From Candidatus Harrisonbacteria bacterium (GTDB lineage: Bacteria > Patescibacteriota > Minisyncoccia > UBA6257 > 02-FULL-45-10c), in assembly GCA_016192685.1 (NCBI GenBank), contig JACPTS010000001.1, forward strand, positions 394,628 to 458,627: a stretch of 64,000 nucleotides of DNA. The letters are read 5' to 3'. Positions 38,383 to 52,127 of this stretch are shown piece after piece (the first letter of the stretch is position 1; every line of letters starts with the position of its first letter). The position numbers and the translations under genes are program-made. A model generated the notes under the pieces. That model ran no database searches, was not told the DNA's origin, and worked only from the letters and a program-made list of their open reading frames with translations.

Positions 38383-39654
38383 ATGCATAGTTTCAAAAAA
38401 TACATTTTCACTAACGGCCTCCGAGTGGTATTGGTGCCGCAGCCGGAGAGTTTGGCGACCACGGTTTTGGTATTGGTGGAAGCCGGCTCCAAATACGAAA
38501 AAAAGGAAATCAACGGCATTTCCCATTTTTTAGAGCATCTTTGCTTTAAGGGGACAAAAAAACGGCCAACCGCTCTAGCAATTTCTTCGGAAATGGAATC
38601 AATGGGCGCGGTTTCCAACGCTTTTACCGGCCATGAAGCAACCGGCTATTATTCCAAAGTCCGTTCGGAAAATTTGGATACGATTTTGGATATTATTTCC
38701 GATATTTATTTGAATCCGGTGTTTAACGCGGAAGAAATTGAAAAAGAAAAAGGAGTGATTATTGAAGAATTAAATATGTATGAGGATACGCCGACCAGGA
38801 AAGTCAGCGATCTTTTTATGGAGCTGGTGTACGGCGATCAGCCGGCTGGCTGGGATATTGGCGGCACTAAAGAAGTAATCCGTTCTTTGCGGCGGGAAGA
38901 TATTGTTAAATACCGCAGCCAGCATTATGTTGCTAAGGCCACAACCGTAGTAGTGGCCGGCGCTTTTGACGATAAAAAAACGCTTTTAAAAATTAAGGAA
39001 TTATTTAAGGGAATCCAGGCCGATAAAAAGTTTTCTAAATTAAAAACAGTTGACTCTCAAAATAAGCCGGCAGTTTTAGTGCACCACAAAGCTTCGGACC
39101 AAACCCATATTGTTTTGGGATTCAGGGCTTTTAGCATGTACGATAAACGGCGATTTGTCCTGGAAGTTTTAGGCGATATTTTGGGAGGCGGAATGAGCTC
39201 CCGGCTTTTTCAGCGGGTGCGGGAACAGCTTGGGGCGGCTTATTATGTCCGAGCCGGTTCGGATTTGCTGACAGACCATGGCCTTTTCGCGGTTTCCGCC
39301 GGACTGGATAATCGCCGGGCCGACGCGGTTATCAAGGCAATTTTGGAAGAGCTTAAAAAAATCAGCACTTATAAAGTCAGCGAGACCGAGCTGCAAAAGG
39401 CCAAAAATCATTTAAGCGGGACAATGATGATTGGTTTAGAAACCTCGGATGAACTGGCTAGTTTTTATGGCCAGCAGGAATTATTCCATAAGGACATTCT
39501 GTCGCCTAAAGATGTGCTTAAAAAAATAGAATCGGTTAGCGCTAAGGAAGTTTTAAAAGTAGCCCAAGATATCATTAAAAACGAACATTTAAATCTTGCC
39601 CTTATCGGCCCGTTTAAAGATAAAAAGCCATTTGAGAAAATTTTGCGGCTTTAG
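38383..39654 (+). CDS. M16-family zinc peptidase
   Basis: HFLEH (HxxEH), NAFT, GGGMSSRLFQ.VRE. Confidence 0.93.
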   Translation: MHSFKKYIFTNGLRVVLVPQPESLATTVLVLVEAGSKYEKKEINGISHFLEHLCFKGTKKRPTALAISSEMESMGAVSNAFTGHEATGYYSKVRSENLDTILDIISDIYLNPVFNAEEIEKEKGVIIEELNMYEDTPTRKVSDLFMELVYGDQPAGWDIGGTKEVIRSLRREDIVKYRSQHYVAKATTVVVAGAFDDKKTLLKIKELFKGIQADKKFSKLKTVDSQNKPAVLVHHKASDQTHIVLGFRAFSMYDKRRFVLEVLGDILGGGMSSRLFQRVREQLGAAYYVRAGSDLLTDHGLFAVSAGLDNRRADAVIKAILEELKKISTYKVSETELQKAKNHLSGTMMIGLETSDELASFYGQQELFHKDILSPKDVLKKIESVSAKEVLKVAQDIIKNEHLNLALIGPFKDKKPFEKILRL

Positions 39655-39713
39655 GAAACAAATAAGCTTATTTTCTCGTTGTAATCAGTAATTGATTACT
39701 ATAATATAAAAGC

Positions 39714-40733
39714 ATGGAAAAATCTTTAGATATCACTTGGACGGGCCTTTGGCGGCTGGCTGGAATGATTATTTTAGCCAGTGTTTTTTATTACGCGTTG
39801 GATGTTTGGGTAGCGGTTTTGCTGGCTATTGTTATTTCTTCCGCTTTAGATGCTTCGGTTAGCTGGCTGGAGAAGAAAAAGATACCAAGAATTGTCGGCA
39901 CCCTTGCTATTTATATATTGTTGGTTTTGGCGATTGCCTTAATTTTATATGCCATTGTACCGGTAGCCCTAGGCGAACTTTCCAGTCTTTTAAAAAGTAT
40001 TGGGAAATTAGACGGAACCGCTCTTGGCTTGGAAGAGGCAAGCCGGATTATCGCGGTAGTTAATGAAAGCCTAACCAGAGTCACCAATCTTCTTTTAAGC
40101 GGCAATATTTCTTTTATGGATATTTTATCTAAGTTTATTGGCGGAGTTTCTCTCGCGATAGCGGTTTTTGTGCTTTCTTTTTATCTGACCGTTGATCGGG
40201 ATGGAGTGGAGAAATTTTTATTGGAAGTAATGCCGACTGGCTATGAAGATAAAGTGTTGGAGGTTTATTACCGGACCAGGGTCAAGATTGGGCAATGGCT
40301 TTATGGGCAATTGCTTTTAAGTTTGTCGGTAGGTACCGCGGTTTTCTTCGGCCTTTGGTTTATCGGCGTGAAATATAGTTTGGTGCTTGGAATTTTAGCC
40401 GGTTTGCTGGAAATTGTTCCTTATGTCGGGCCGATTTTAAGCGGCTTGATTGCTTTTCTGATTGCCGCCTCTGATTCTTTGGTAATCGGCCTTTACGTCT
40501 TGGCTCTTTTTATTTTAATTCAGCAGGCAGAAGGGACTTTGCTGGTGCCGCTTTTAATGCGTCTTACCACCAGCGTTCATCCGGCCGCGGTTTTAATTTC
40601 TCTTTTAGTCGGAGCAAGAATTTTCGGTTTTGTCGGAATTATTTTAGCCGTGCCGATTGCGGTTATGGCGCAGGAATTAATGGAAAGCTGGGCAAATGAG
40701 AAGACCAAGCGTAAAACTTCTTCTCTGGCGTAA
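39714..40733 (+). CDS. AI-2E (PerM) family transporter
   Basis: Multi-TM; LE.VPYVGP, QQ.EG..L.P, G.ILAVP. Confidence 0.88.
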   Translation: MEKSLDITWTGLWRLAGMIILASVFYYALDVWVAVLLAIVISSALDASVSWLEKKKIPRIVGTLAIYILLVLAIALILYAIVPVALGELSSLLKSIGKLDGTALGLEEASRIIAVVNESLTRVTNLLLSGNISFMDILSKFIGGVSLAIAVFVLSFYLTVDRDGVEKFLLEVMPTGYEDKVLEVYYRTRVKIGQWLYGQLLLSLSVGTAVFFGLWFIGVKYSLVLGILAGLLEIVPYVGPILSGLIAFLIAASDSLVIGLYVLALFILIQQAEGTLLVPLLMRLTTSVHPAAVLISLLVGARIFGFVGIILAVPIAVMAQELMESWANEKTKRKTSSLA

Positions 40734-40791
40734 AAGCGGTCGCCTAAGGCGACCGCTTTTTTAATTCATTTTTTTGTTTTAATATCAGATT

Positions 40792-42234
40792 ATGAATAAA
40801 TTTTATATAACAACTTCTATTGCCTATGTTAACGCGCCGCCCCATCTTGGTTTTGCTTTGGAATCGGTGCAGGCGGATGTTTTGGCGCGCTGGCATCGCC
40901 AGCAAGGCGATGAGGTATTTTTTTTAACCGGCACGGATGAGCATGGGGCCAAAATTGTCCGCGCTGCTGAAGCGGCCGGAAAAACATCGAAAGAATTAAC
41001 GGATGAAAATTCAGAAAATTTTAAAGCTTTAAAATCCGCGCTTAATTTATCGTGGGATAATTTTATTAGGACTTCTGACCAAAAGGTTCATTGGCCAGTG
41101 GCACAGGAGCTATGGAAAAGATTGGAAAAAGCCAGCGATTTATATAAAAAAACCTATCAAGGGCTATATTGCGTTGGTCATGAGGCATTTGTTACTCAAA
41201 AGGATTTGGAAAATGGAAAATGCCGCGACCATCAAAAAGAGCCGGAAGCGCTGGAGGAAGAAAATTGGTTTTTTCGGCTTTCTAAATATACCAAAGATAT
41301 AGAAATAAGAATTAAGAATGAAGAATTAAGAATTATGCCGGAGACCAGAAAAAATGAAATTTTATCGTTTTTAAGCGACGGGCTGGAAGATATCAGTTTT
41401 TCCAGGCCGGCTAAAGATTTATCCTGGGGCGTGCCAGTGCCGAATGACCCGAGTCAGACAATGTATGTTTGGGCAGACGCGCTTGCCAATTATATTAGCG
41501 GCAAAGACGGAATTAAAAAATGGGAGGAACATCCGGCAGATATTCATTTAATCGGCAAAGATATTTTGCGGTTTCACGCCGCAATTTGGCCGGCCATGTT
41601 GCTTTCGGCGGGGCTTCCGCTGCCTAAAGCCATTTATGTCCACGGCCATATTTTAGTTGACGGGGAAAAGATGTCTAAAACCGTTGGCAATGTAATAGAT
41701 CCATTTGAGCTGGTTAAAAAATACGGAGTTGATCCGGTGCGTTATTTTCTTTTGCGGGAAATTCCATCCGGAGAAGACGGCGATTTTAGTTATAAAAAAT
41801 TTGAAGAGCGGTATAATGGCGATTTAGCCAATGGGCTTGGAAATTTTGCGGCTCGCGTTTTAACGCTAGCCAGCAAAGAGAAAAAATTAGGGGGTAAGGC
41901 GGAAGAGGGTATTGGTGGAAAAATAGAAGCTGCTAAAGCAGCCGTATTGAGAAAAACCGAAGAGTTTAAATTAAATGAAGCCTTAGAAGCGCTTTGGAGT
42001 TTAATCCATTTTGGCGACCAATATGTGAATGAGAAAAAGCCGTGGGACAAAGAACAAACGACTGACGACCAACGACTAACAACAATTTATAATGCCGTGG
42101 TAATTTTGGATAATGTGGCGGCAATGCTGGCGCCGTTTTTGCCGGCCACCGCGGAGAAAATTACCGATTCAATTCACTGGTCTGACGGCAAATTAGAAAT
42201 AAAAAAAGGCGAAGTTTTGTTTCCTCGCCTGTGA
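40792..42234 (+). CDS. metG: Methionyl-tRNA synthetase (short form)
   Basis: FYITT.I.YVN..PHLG, GTDEHG.K, GKDILRFH, KMSKT. Confidence 0.96.
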   Translation: MNKFYITTSIAYVNAPPHLGFALESVQADVLARWHRQQGDEVFFLTGTDEHGAKIVRAAEAAGKTSKELTDENSENFKALKSALNLSWDNFIRTSDQKVHWPVAQELWKRLEKASDLYKKTYQGLYCVGHEAFVTQKDLENGKCRDHQKEPEALEEENWFFRLSKYTKDIEIRIKNEELRIMPETRKNEILSFLSDGLEDISFSRPAKDLSWGVPVPNDPSQTMYVWADALANYISGKDGIKKWEEHPADIHLIGKDILRFHAAIWPAMLLSAGLPLPKAIYVHGHILVDGEKMSKTVGNVIDPFELVKKYGVDPVRYFLLREIPSGEDGDFSYKKFEERYNGDLANGLGNFAARVLTLASKEKKLGGKAEEGIGGKIEAAKAAVLRKTEEFKLNEALEALWSLIHFGDQYVNEKKPWDKEQTTDDQRLTTIYNAVVILDNVAAMLAPFLPATAEKITDSIHWSDGKLEIKKGEVLFPRL

Positions 42235-42249
42235 AAATTGCGGAAAAGT

Positions 42250-42900
42250 TCAATAGTTGATGGCTGTTCGGCTGCGGAAACGGTTGATTTCCGGATTATC
42301 CAGGAACCACCGGATTGCTGTTTCTGTTTCTTGAATAAGGGAAACTATTTCTTCGGCCCTGGATTTTTTATTCCCGCGGAATAAATTTCTTATTTTTTTG
42401 ATAAACGGCGGATAAATTGTTTGGGAATATCTTTCATTAAAAATCTCCTTCCGTTCTTTTAAGAATCCTTTTTGGATAACGGATTTTAGAGTTTCTCCGG
42501 CTACCGCGTCCACGATCATTTTTTCACCTCTTAAAATTTGAAGATCGGCCGGATCGCCGGCGGTTTTGGTAAGATTAAAAAGAGTTACTTCTATCCGATA
42601 GTTTAGAGTTTTTATGCCAAAGAGTTTTTCATTTTCCGAAGCGGTTTCGCTGCGCGCGATGGAAAGCCAAACAGCAGAATCTAATTTTCCCAGCGGCAGA
42701 ATGGCATTCAGATAATCTCCCGGCACTTTGTAGATATTAAAGAGAGCGGTTTCTTTCGGGCGAAAGCAATAAACATCCCGGTGTTTAAAAAGATTTTCCG
42801 GAATTTTGGCAAAGAATTGGAAAATACCCTCATCAATATCCGCTTCCATTTTTTCGGATAATTTTTCAAGGTAGCTAAGGATGGGGTCGGGGTTTTCCAT
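42250..42900 (-). CDS. Hypothetical protein
   Basis: About 216-aa ORF filling the metG-tatD gap on the opposite strand. Confidence 0.6.
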   Translation of the reverse strand: MENPDPILSYLEKLSEKMEADIDEGIFQFFAKIPENLFKHRDVYCFRPKETALFNIYKVPGDYLNAILPLGKLDSAVWLSIARSETASENEKLFGIKTLNYRIEVTLFNLTKTAGDPADLQILRGEKMIVDAVAGETLKSVIQKGFLKERKEIFNERYSQTIYPPFIKKIRNLFRGNKKSRAEEIVSLIQETETAIRWFLDNPEINRFRSRTAINY

Positions 42901-42957
42901 GCCGTGGGCGGCCACTTTTTTATTACTGATTTATATATTAAACTAAAACTTATTTTT

Positions 42958-46295
<3,338 letters not shown>

Positions 46296-46296
46296 T

Positions 46297-47133
46297 ATGA
46301 ACTCTCAATTTTTTGGTTTAATGCTTTTGATTTTGGCAGTGGCGGTTGGCGTTTACGTTTCCACTAATTACACGGATTTAATTAATTTAAAAATTCCGGT
46401 TCCGGTAACGGTTAAGCCGGTGACGATTCCCGCTACTGGCATTGGCGGGGCGCCAAGCATCTCGCCAGCCCCCGTTGATAGCGGCAGTTCGGTTTTGGCG
46501 GAAAGAAAGCTCGTAAGAATTACTTCTATCCGTCAGCCAACCAGTTTTAATTCTTATTTAGAAGTGGTTTTATCTTCAAGTTTAGATCGCAATGAAACCT
46601 TGAATATTACCGGCTGGACAATCAAAAGCAACAAAGGATCATTTGTTATTCCGCGGGCGCAGGAGATTTATTCTTTTGGCGGAGCGCAAAATAATATTAA
46701 TTTGCGTTACGGCGATCGAGTGTCACTTTATTCCGGAATCGGGCCTAAAGGAAATTTCCGGCTGAATAAATGTTTGGGTTATTTGGAGGATGTTTCTCCT
46801 TTTACGCCGTCTTTGCCCCGCAGCTGCCCTTATATTTCCCGGTCGGAAATTATTGGTTTTAGCGGCGCTTGCCAGAATTATGTTTTATCGCTTCGCAGTT
46901 GCCAGAATCCCGTTGCTAATCCGCCGGTGCCGGTTGATGATTCTGCCTGCCATAATTTTTTAAGCAAGCTTAATTACGTTGGCTGCGTGGAAAAATATCA
47001 AAATGATTCTGATTTTCTAGACAATGAGTGGCGGGTTTGGCTTGGCGAGCAAATAAATATTTTTGACTCGCTTCACGATAAAGTTCAGCTTTTAGACCGG
47101 GAAGGAAATTTAGTAGATGAATATGTTTATTAA
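46297..47133 (+). CDS. Exported Cys-containing protein, lamin-tail-like fold
   Basis: N-terminal TM; NITGWTI, D.V.LLD.EG.LVD.Y.Y. Confidence 0.6.
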   Translation: MNSQFFGLMLLILAVAVGVYVSTNYTDLINLKIPVPVTVKPVTIPATGIGGAPSISPAPVDSGSSVLAERKLVRITSIRQPTSFNSYLEVVLSSSLDRNETLNITGWTIKSNKGSFVIPRAQEIYSFGGAQNNINLRYGDRVSLYSGIGPKGNFRLNKCLGYLEDVSPFTPSLPRSCPYISRSEIIGFSGACQNYVLSLRSCQNPVANPPVPVDDSACHNFLSKLNYVGCVEKYQNDSDFLDNEWRVWLGEQINIFDSLHDKVQLLDREGNLVDEYVY

Positions 47134-47200
47134 AAGCGGTGAAACGAGCCAGAGAAATATTTTAAAAATTGAATCCGTCCCATGAGGGCGGATTTTTTTA

Positions 47201-47425
47201 AGCTCCGCCCGTCTGCATATCGATACTGGCATTTATTTTGAAAATGCCGCTCCGCCGAATTGTCTATGAGAACCGCGGTTCTCGCACTCCAGCGGCGCGA
47301 GCCCGCTACGCCTCGGCGTCAAAAGTCGCCTTTGGCGACACCAATCTTTTGACGCCTCCGTAGTTTCTCTACGACAACTCGGCAGATCGGCTTTCATAGT
47401 TGTCGCACGACAAACAGGCGGGGCT
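47201..47425. mobile_element. MITE-like structured element (about 225 bp)
   Basis: Ends AGCTCCGCCCGTCTG / CAAACAGGCGGGGCT; internal hairpins GGCGTCAAAAG..CTTTTGACGCC and GAGAACCGCGGTTCTC. Confidence 0.6.
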
Positions 47426-47436
47426 TTGCGTAACAT

Positions 47437-47465
47437 TTGACATATTAGGATTTATATATTATACT
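47437..47465 (+). promoter_or_regulatory. sigma70 promoter
   Basis: TTGACA-17 bp-TATACT. Confidence 0.65.
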
Positions 47466-47511
47466 ACTCTAAGTTCCTAAGAAGCAAATACGAGGCGAGG
47501 AGGTAGTAAAA

Positions 47512-47886
47512 ATGAAAATAGAATTAAAGGGAAGGGTAATAGAAATAAATAATCCGCTAGTTAAGGAAGGTTATGCTCCTAACGATTTAATATCGAAGCT
47601 AAAGAAAGCCGGTTGGGATTATGTAGGAAATTTTACAGGAATGGGCCTAGGTGGATGTGCATTAGTGAATAGCCCTGACGACTTATGCACCATTAAGTAC
47701 TGTATCACCGTACTAGACGTACAGTCTAGAAAAATCTTTACAATAGAAGGATACGGATTTGATAGCTTGCTGATAGATGCCGGAACTGAAGTGGAGAAAA
47801 AGAATAAGTTTGGGGGCTATCATTTGACTAAAAAACCGAAAGATAAAAACGATAGGCTTTTTCGCATAAATATTGAAGCTAAGTAA
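47512..47886 (+). CDS. Hypothetical protein (solitary AT-rich cassette)
   Basis: GAGGAGGT SD, own promoter, terminator at about 47921-47950. Confidence 0.65.
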   Translation: MKIELKGRVIEINNPLVKEGYAPNDLISKLKKAGWDYVGNFTGMGLGGCALVNSPDDLCTIKYCITVLDVQSRKIFTIEGYGFDSLLIDAGTEVEKKNKFGGYHLTKKPKDKNDRLFRINIEAK

Positions 47887-48046
47887 ATTTAATAATTCTT
47901 TTCTTAACTCCTTTCCAAACAAAACCCCAACCTCTACGGCTGGGGTTTTTCATTTCTTATAACAACCTAACTATAAAAATGATTAGCCAGTATGTTTCGT
48001 AAAAATTAAATACTCTAGCTACTTATTAAAATTAAGCAATCGCGAG

Positions 48047-48218
48047 AACTCTTTTTGAAAAGGCAACATGCAAAATACCTTCTGGAGCGAAGCCCGACCG
48101 AGCACATAATATTTATGTGCTCGGGAGAGCCCCGCACAGCGGGGCGTGGCGAGAGGGGTTGAGGAGCGAAGCGACGAAATCGCCCGAGCGGAAGTGCTGT
48201 TGCCGTTTAAAAAGAGTT
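48047..48218. mobile_element. MITE-like element (about 172 bp)
   Basis: TIRs AACTCTTTTTGAAAAGGCAACA / TGTTGCCGTTTAAAAAGAGTT; inner hairpin CCGAGCACATAA-tat-TTATGTGCTCGG. Confidence 0.65.
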
Positions 48219-48222
48219 TGAG

Positions 48223-49263
48223 CTACTTTCTTTCCGCCAGCACCACTTTAATCTTCGTCGGTTTTCCGAAACGGAGAATTTTCATATTTAAGACGTCTCC
48301 CACCGCCAGTTCTTCCAGGAAATCTTGGATAGTTTTTCCCATGGTTAATTTTTCGCCATTGCATTCCAAAATAATATCTTTTTCTTTAAGGCCGGCTTGA
48401 TGGGCGGGGGTTCCGGGAATGACGGCTTCATGATGCGGCCCTTTGCCGGCAACGATGGCGCCGTAATTTACCGGTAATCCCATTTTTTCTTTTAAATTGT
48501 CGTCAATGTTTAAGTAGCGCAGTCCCAAGAGCGGCCGCCGCACCCGGCCGTATTTTTTTAAATCTTCCAAATCGCGTTTAGCGTAATTTATAGGAATAGC
48601 AAAACCGACATTTTGAGCGCCAAAAACAATAGCCGCGTTAATGCCGATTACCTCGCCGCTTAAGTTTATTAACGGCCCTCCGGAATTTCCCGGATTGATT
48701 GCCGCATCGGTTTGGATAAGGCCTCGCAATTCCTGAATCGGTTCTTTAGGGTCGGGTTTCGCGGCAATGGAACGGGACAAGCCGGAAATAATCCCTTTGG
48801 ACACGGTATTATTAAACAAGCCAAGCGTATTGCCGATGGCCAGCACTTCTTCGCCCAGTTCCAAACCAGTGGATTCTCCTAATTTCGCGACTAGAAGATT
48901 TTTCGCGTTAATTTTTAAAATCGCCACGTCATCAACCGGATCTCGGGCGGCAATTTCCGCTTTATATTTTTTCCCATCGCTGGCAATAACCGTATATTCG
49001 GCATTGGCATCGGAAACCACGTGTTTATTGGTCAGGATAATGCCGCTAGCGTCAACGATAAAGCCGGAGCCGCCGCCGACCTGCACCATTCCCCGGGCGT
49101 CAATTTTATCTTCGGGAATTTTTAAATCCGGCATCCCAAAAGGCATGAGCGGCATCAGCTCCGCCGGCAATTCTTTTTCAATCTCTTCTAAACTTTTGGA
49201 AATGATAATTGAAATCACGGCTGGCATCACTTTTTTAATAACTTTAGTAGGATTGGTAGCCAT
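48223..49263 (-). CDS. htrA: HtrA/DegP serine protease with one PDZ domain
   Basis: GSGFIV...ILTNKHV, D.AILKI, IQTDAAINPGNSGGPL, PDZ. Confidence 0.93.
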   Translation of the reverse strand: MATNPTKVIKKVMPAVISIIISKSLEEIEKELPAELMPLMPFGMPDLKIPEDKIDARGMVQVGGGSGFIVDASGIILTNKHVVSDANAEYTVIASDGKKYKAEIAARDPVDDVAILKINAKNLLVAKLGESTGLELGEEVLAIGNTLGLFNNTVSKGIISGLSRSIAAKPDPKEPIQELRGLIQTDAAINPGNSGGPLINLSGEVIGINAAIVFGAQNVGFAIPINYAKRDLEDLKKYGRVRRPLLGLRYLNIDDNLKEKMGLPVNYGAIVAGKGPHHEAVIPGTPAHQAGLKEKDIILECNGEKLTMGKTIQDFLEELAVGDVLNMKILRFGKPTKIKVVLAERK

Positions 49264-49310
49264 AAAATAATTTTAACACAAGTTATCTGTTATTAGTTAT
49301 TGGTTAATTG

Positions 49311-51902
49311 TTACTTACGGTATAGCCACTTACCCAATTCAATCGCCGCAATGTTAGAGAATCCCACTCCGGCTACTCCTAATAGCCAAAGCGGCGGCAG
49401 AGGGACGGTTTTTAACAGCATTTGCATTGGCGGAAAATAAATTGAAGCCAGCATCAAGATTAAGCCCGCTCCCACGCCGCTAAGAAGATAAAGATTGGAA
49501 AAGGGATTATATTGAAAAATGCTTTTTTGCAGGCTGCGGACGGAAAAAATCAAAAATAAAGAGTAGGTTCCAAAAGCGGCAAAGATAAAAGTTCTTACAA
49601 TTAACGGGTTAAAGCCTAATTTTAACAGCGTAAAATAGAGCGCGAATAATAAAACGCTGGTGGGAATGCCGATGGCGGCAATTAAAAATTTCATTTCCGG
49701 GTCAATTAGTTTTTTGGGCGATCGTTTTGGTATTTGGAGCAGATGGTCAATGTGGTCTTCAAAAGCCAGGGTAATGGCCGGAAAACTGTCAGTTAAAAAA
49801 TTTACCCAAAGAATTTGGATGGCATTTAGGGGCAGGGCAATGCCGACTAGAAGTGACCCTCCAATCAGTATTAGTTCGTCCAGGACTGAAGAAAGGAGAT
49901 AAACAATTACTTTTCGGATATTTTCCATTGTCCGCCGGCCCTCTTCAATGGCGGCGACAATGGTGTGATAGTTATCGTCCAAAAGCACCAGTTCGGCAAC
50001 GTCCTTGGCGACATCGGTTCCCGAACCCATGGCCACGCCAATATCAGCTTGCTTGAGGCTGGGAGCGTCATTTACCCCATCGCCGGTCATAGCCACTATT
50101 TCCCCGATATCTTGGAAAGCCTTAACGATTTTTAATTTTCCTTCCGGACTGACTCTGGAAACAACGCGCAGTTGCGGCAAGCGGGATTTCAGCTCTTCGG
50201 CATCCATCGCGTCTAATTCCGAACCGTTAATAATATGTTCCGGTTTGGTTGGCAATCCTAATTCTTTTGCCACTGCTTCCGCGGTGCCGCGATGGTCGCC
50301 GGTTACAATTACCGTTTTAATTCCCACTTCTCCTATCCGATGAATAGTATCCCGGACGCCTTTTCGGATTGGGTCAGTAAAAGAAAGAGTTGCCAAGAAT
50401 TGGAAGTCTTCAAATTTATATTTAGCGGTAAGAGCGATTGGCTGATGGCTGTTTATTTCCCGTACGGCGATTCCCAGGACCCGTTCGCCGCTATTCGCCA
50501 TTTTATCTATTTCTTTTAAAATCTGCCGGCGGTTTTCTTCCGGAGTTTGGGTGGAAATTTTAATGAGAATTTCCGGAGCGCCGAAAAGGCAGATATAATT
50601 TTTTCCCTGGTAATCAATGAGGGAAGCGGAAAATTTACTGGCGGAATTAAATGGCCGGTAATTCAATACCGGAATTTCTTTTTTAATTTGATGCGGTAAA
50701 ATGCCGATTTTTACTGCCGCTTTTACCACGGCTGCTTCCAGCGGCCGGCCGACAATCCGCCACTTATCTCTCGGCTCTTTTGGATTTTCAATGACGACAT
50801 CGGAATTGGTGATGGCCAATTTCAGTACTAATTCATCATCGGCCCAGTCATCAAATATTAAAAGGCGGGAAAGATTCATTTTTGCTTCGGTTAAGGTGCC
50901 GGTTTTGTCGGTTAAAATTACCGTGGTGTTTCCCAGAGTTTCGGCCGCGAGCAATTTTCGGATAATGCCGTTCTTTTTTGCCAGGCGCTGGACGCCGATT
51001 GCCAAAATAACCGTCATCGCGATCGGCAGGCCTTCCGGGATGGCAGATACCAAAATGGCCACCGAAGTTAAAAACATTTCCAGCGGCGAGTAACCGACCA
51101 GAACACCGGTAATAAAAATAACCGCTGTTAGGATTAAAAGAATGATGCTGGCTTTAACGCTGAAACTGGTAATGGCTTTTTGAAGCGGGGTTTGTTCCCG
51201 GGTTTGTTCTTTTACCAAGGAGGCGATGCGGCCGATTTCCGTGTTTTCATCAGTGCGGCAGACAACCGCGTTGCCGAATCCCTGCACCACCAGCGTGCCG
51301 CTGAAGATCAGGGATTTTTGGTCTCCAATGGAAGCTTGAAAACTGACTGCTTCAGTCCCTTTATTAACCGGCAGAGCTTCGCCGGTTAAAATTGCTTCGT
51401 CCACCATTAAATCATTGATATAAATCAGCCGGCAGTCGGCTGGCACGCGGTCTCCTTGGGAAACCCGGATAATATCTCCGGGAACCAATTCCTTGGCGTC
51501 AATTTCAATTTCGCGGCTGTCCCGAATCACCCTAACCCGTTCTTCAATGTAACTTTGGAGGTGGGCGAGCGCTTCCTCGGCTTTATTTTCCTGATAAAAT
51601 CCCAATAGGCTGTTAATGATGGCCGCGGCCAGAATAGCAATGGCATCCCGATAATCCTTTAAAAGGACAGTGATAGAACCGGCGATTAATAAAAGGAAAA
51701 TCAGCGGATTTTTGAATTGATTTAAAAGGATTTTTATTCTGGTGGTCTTTTTTTGCCCGTTGATTTCATTTTTACCGAAAATTTTCAATCTTTTTTTGGC
51801 TTCTTCATCGGATAGTCCTTCTTGGGTGGATTCCAATAAATCCAAAACCTCGCCGGTTTTGAGCGCCCAGAAAGATTTATGAACAATGTCTCTGATAATC
51901 AT
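49311..51902 (-). CDS. Cation-transporting P-type ATPase (type II)
   Basis: PEGLP, DKTGTLT, TGDH, MTGDGVNDAP; likely start 51902. Confidence 0.95.
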   Translation of the reverse strand: MIIRDIVHKSFWALKTGEVLDLLESTQEGLSDEEAKKRLKIFGKNEINGQKKTTRIKILLNQFKNPLIFLLLIAGSITVLLKDYRDAIAILAAAIINSLLGFYQENKAEEALAHLQSYIEERVRVIRDSREIEIDAKELVPGDIIRVSQGDRVPADCRLIYINDLMVDEAILTGEALPVNKGTEAVSFQASIGDQKSLIFSGTLVVQGFGNAVVCRTDENTEIGRIASLVKEQTREQTPLQKAITSFSVKASIILLILTAVIFITGVLVGYSPLEMFLTSVAILVSAIPEGLPIAMTVILAIGVQRLAKKNGIIRKLLAAETLGNTTVILTDKTGTLTEAKMNLSRLLIFDDWADDELVLKLAITNSDVVIENPKEPRDKWRIVGRPLEAAVVKAAVKIGILPHQIKKEIPVLNYRPFNSASKFSASLIDYQGKNYICLFGAPEILIKISTQTPEENRRQILKEIDKMANSGERVLGIAVREINSHQPIALTAKYKFEDFQFLATLSFTDPIRKGVRDTIHRIGEVGIKTVIVTGDHRGTAEAVAKELGLPTKPEHIINGSELDAMDAEELKSRLPQLRVVSRVSPEGKLKIVKAFQDIGEIVAMTGDGVNDAPSLKQADIGVAMGSGTDVAKDVAELVLLDDNYHTIVAAIEEGRRTMENIRKVIVYLLSSVLDELILIGGSLLVGIALPLNAIQILWVNFLTDSFPAITLAFEDHIDHLLQIPKRSPKKLIDPEMKFLIAAIGIPTSVLLFALYFTLLKLGFNPLIVRTFIFAAFGTYSLFLIFSVRSLQKSIFQYNPFSNLYLLSGVGAGLILMLASIYFPPMQMLLKTVPLPPLWLLGVAGVGFSNIAAIELGKWLYRK

Positions 51903-51948
51903 CTCTTTATTATAACCTTCGCCGCTTGTCATTGTATAACTTTTAATT

Positions 51949-52095
51949 GCAAAAATAAAATACTCCAACAAGCGGAGTATTTTATTTTTGCGGTGTCTGT
52001 TTGAAAATATCCGAACGGAACTCTCTGGGCTCGGCGGGCGGAATTCCCCCCACACCCCCCTTCCGCCCGCCTCGCTTTGAACCGGAGCGGAAAGG
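51949..52095. repeat. Left 147-bp inverted repeat (pairs with 53700-53846)
   Basis: Reverse complement of the right copy with 1 mismatch seen; contains an 18-bp perfect hairpin and a GC-rich structured part. Confidence 0.92.
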
Positions 52096-52127
52096 ACGAT
52101 TTCAAGTTTTTCTTTGGCGGCAAATTC

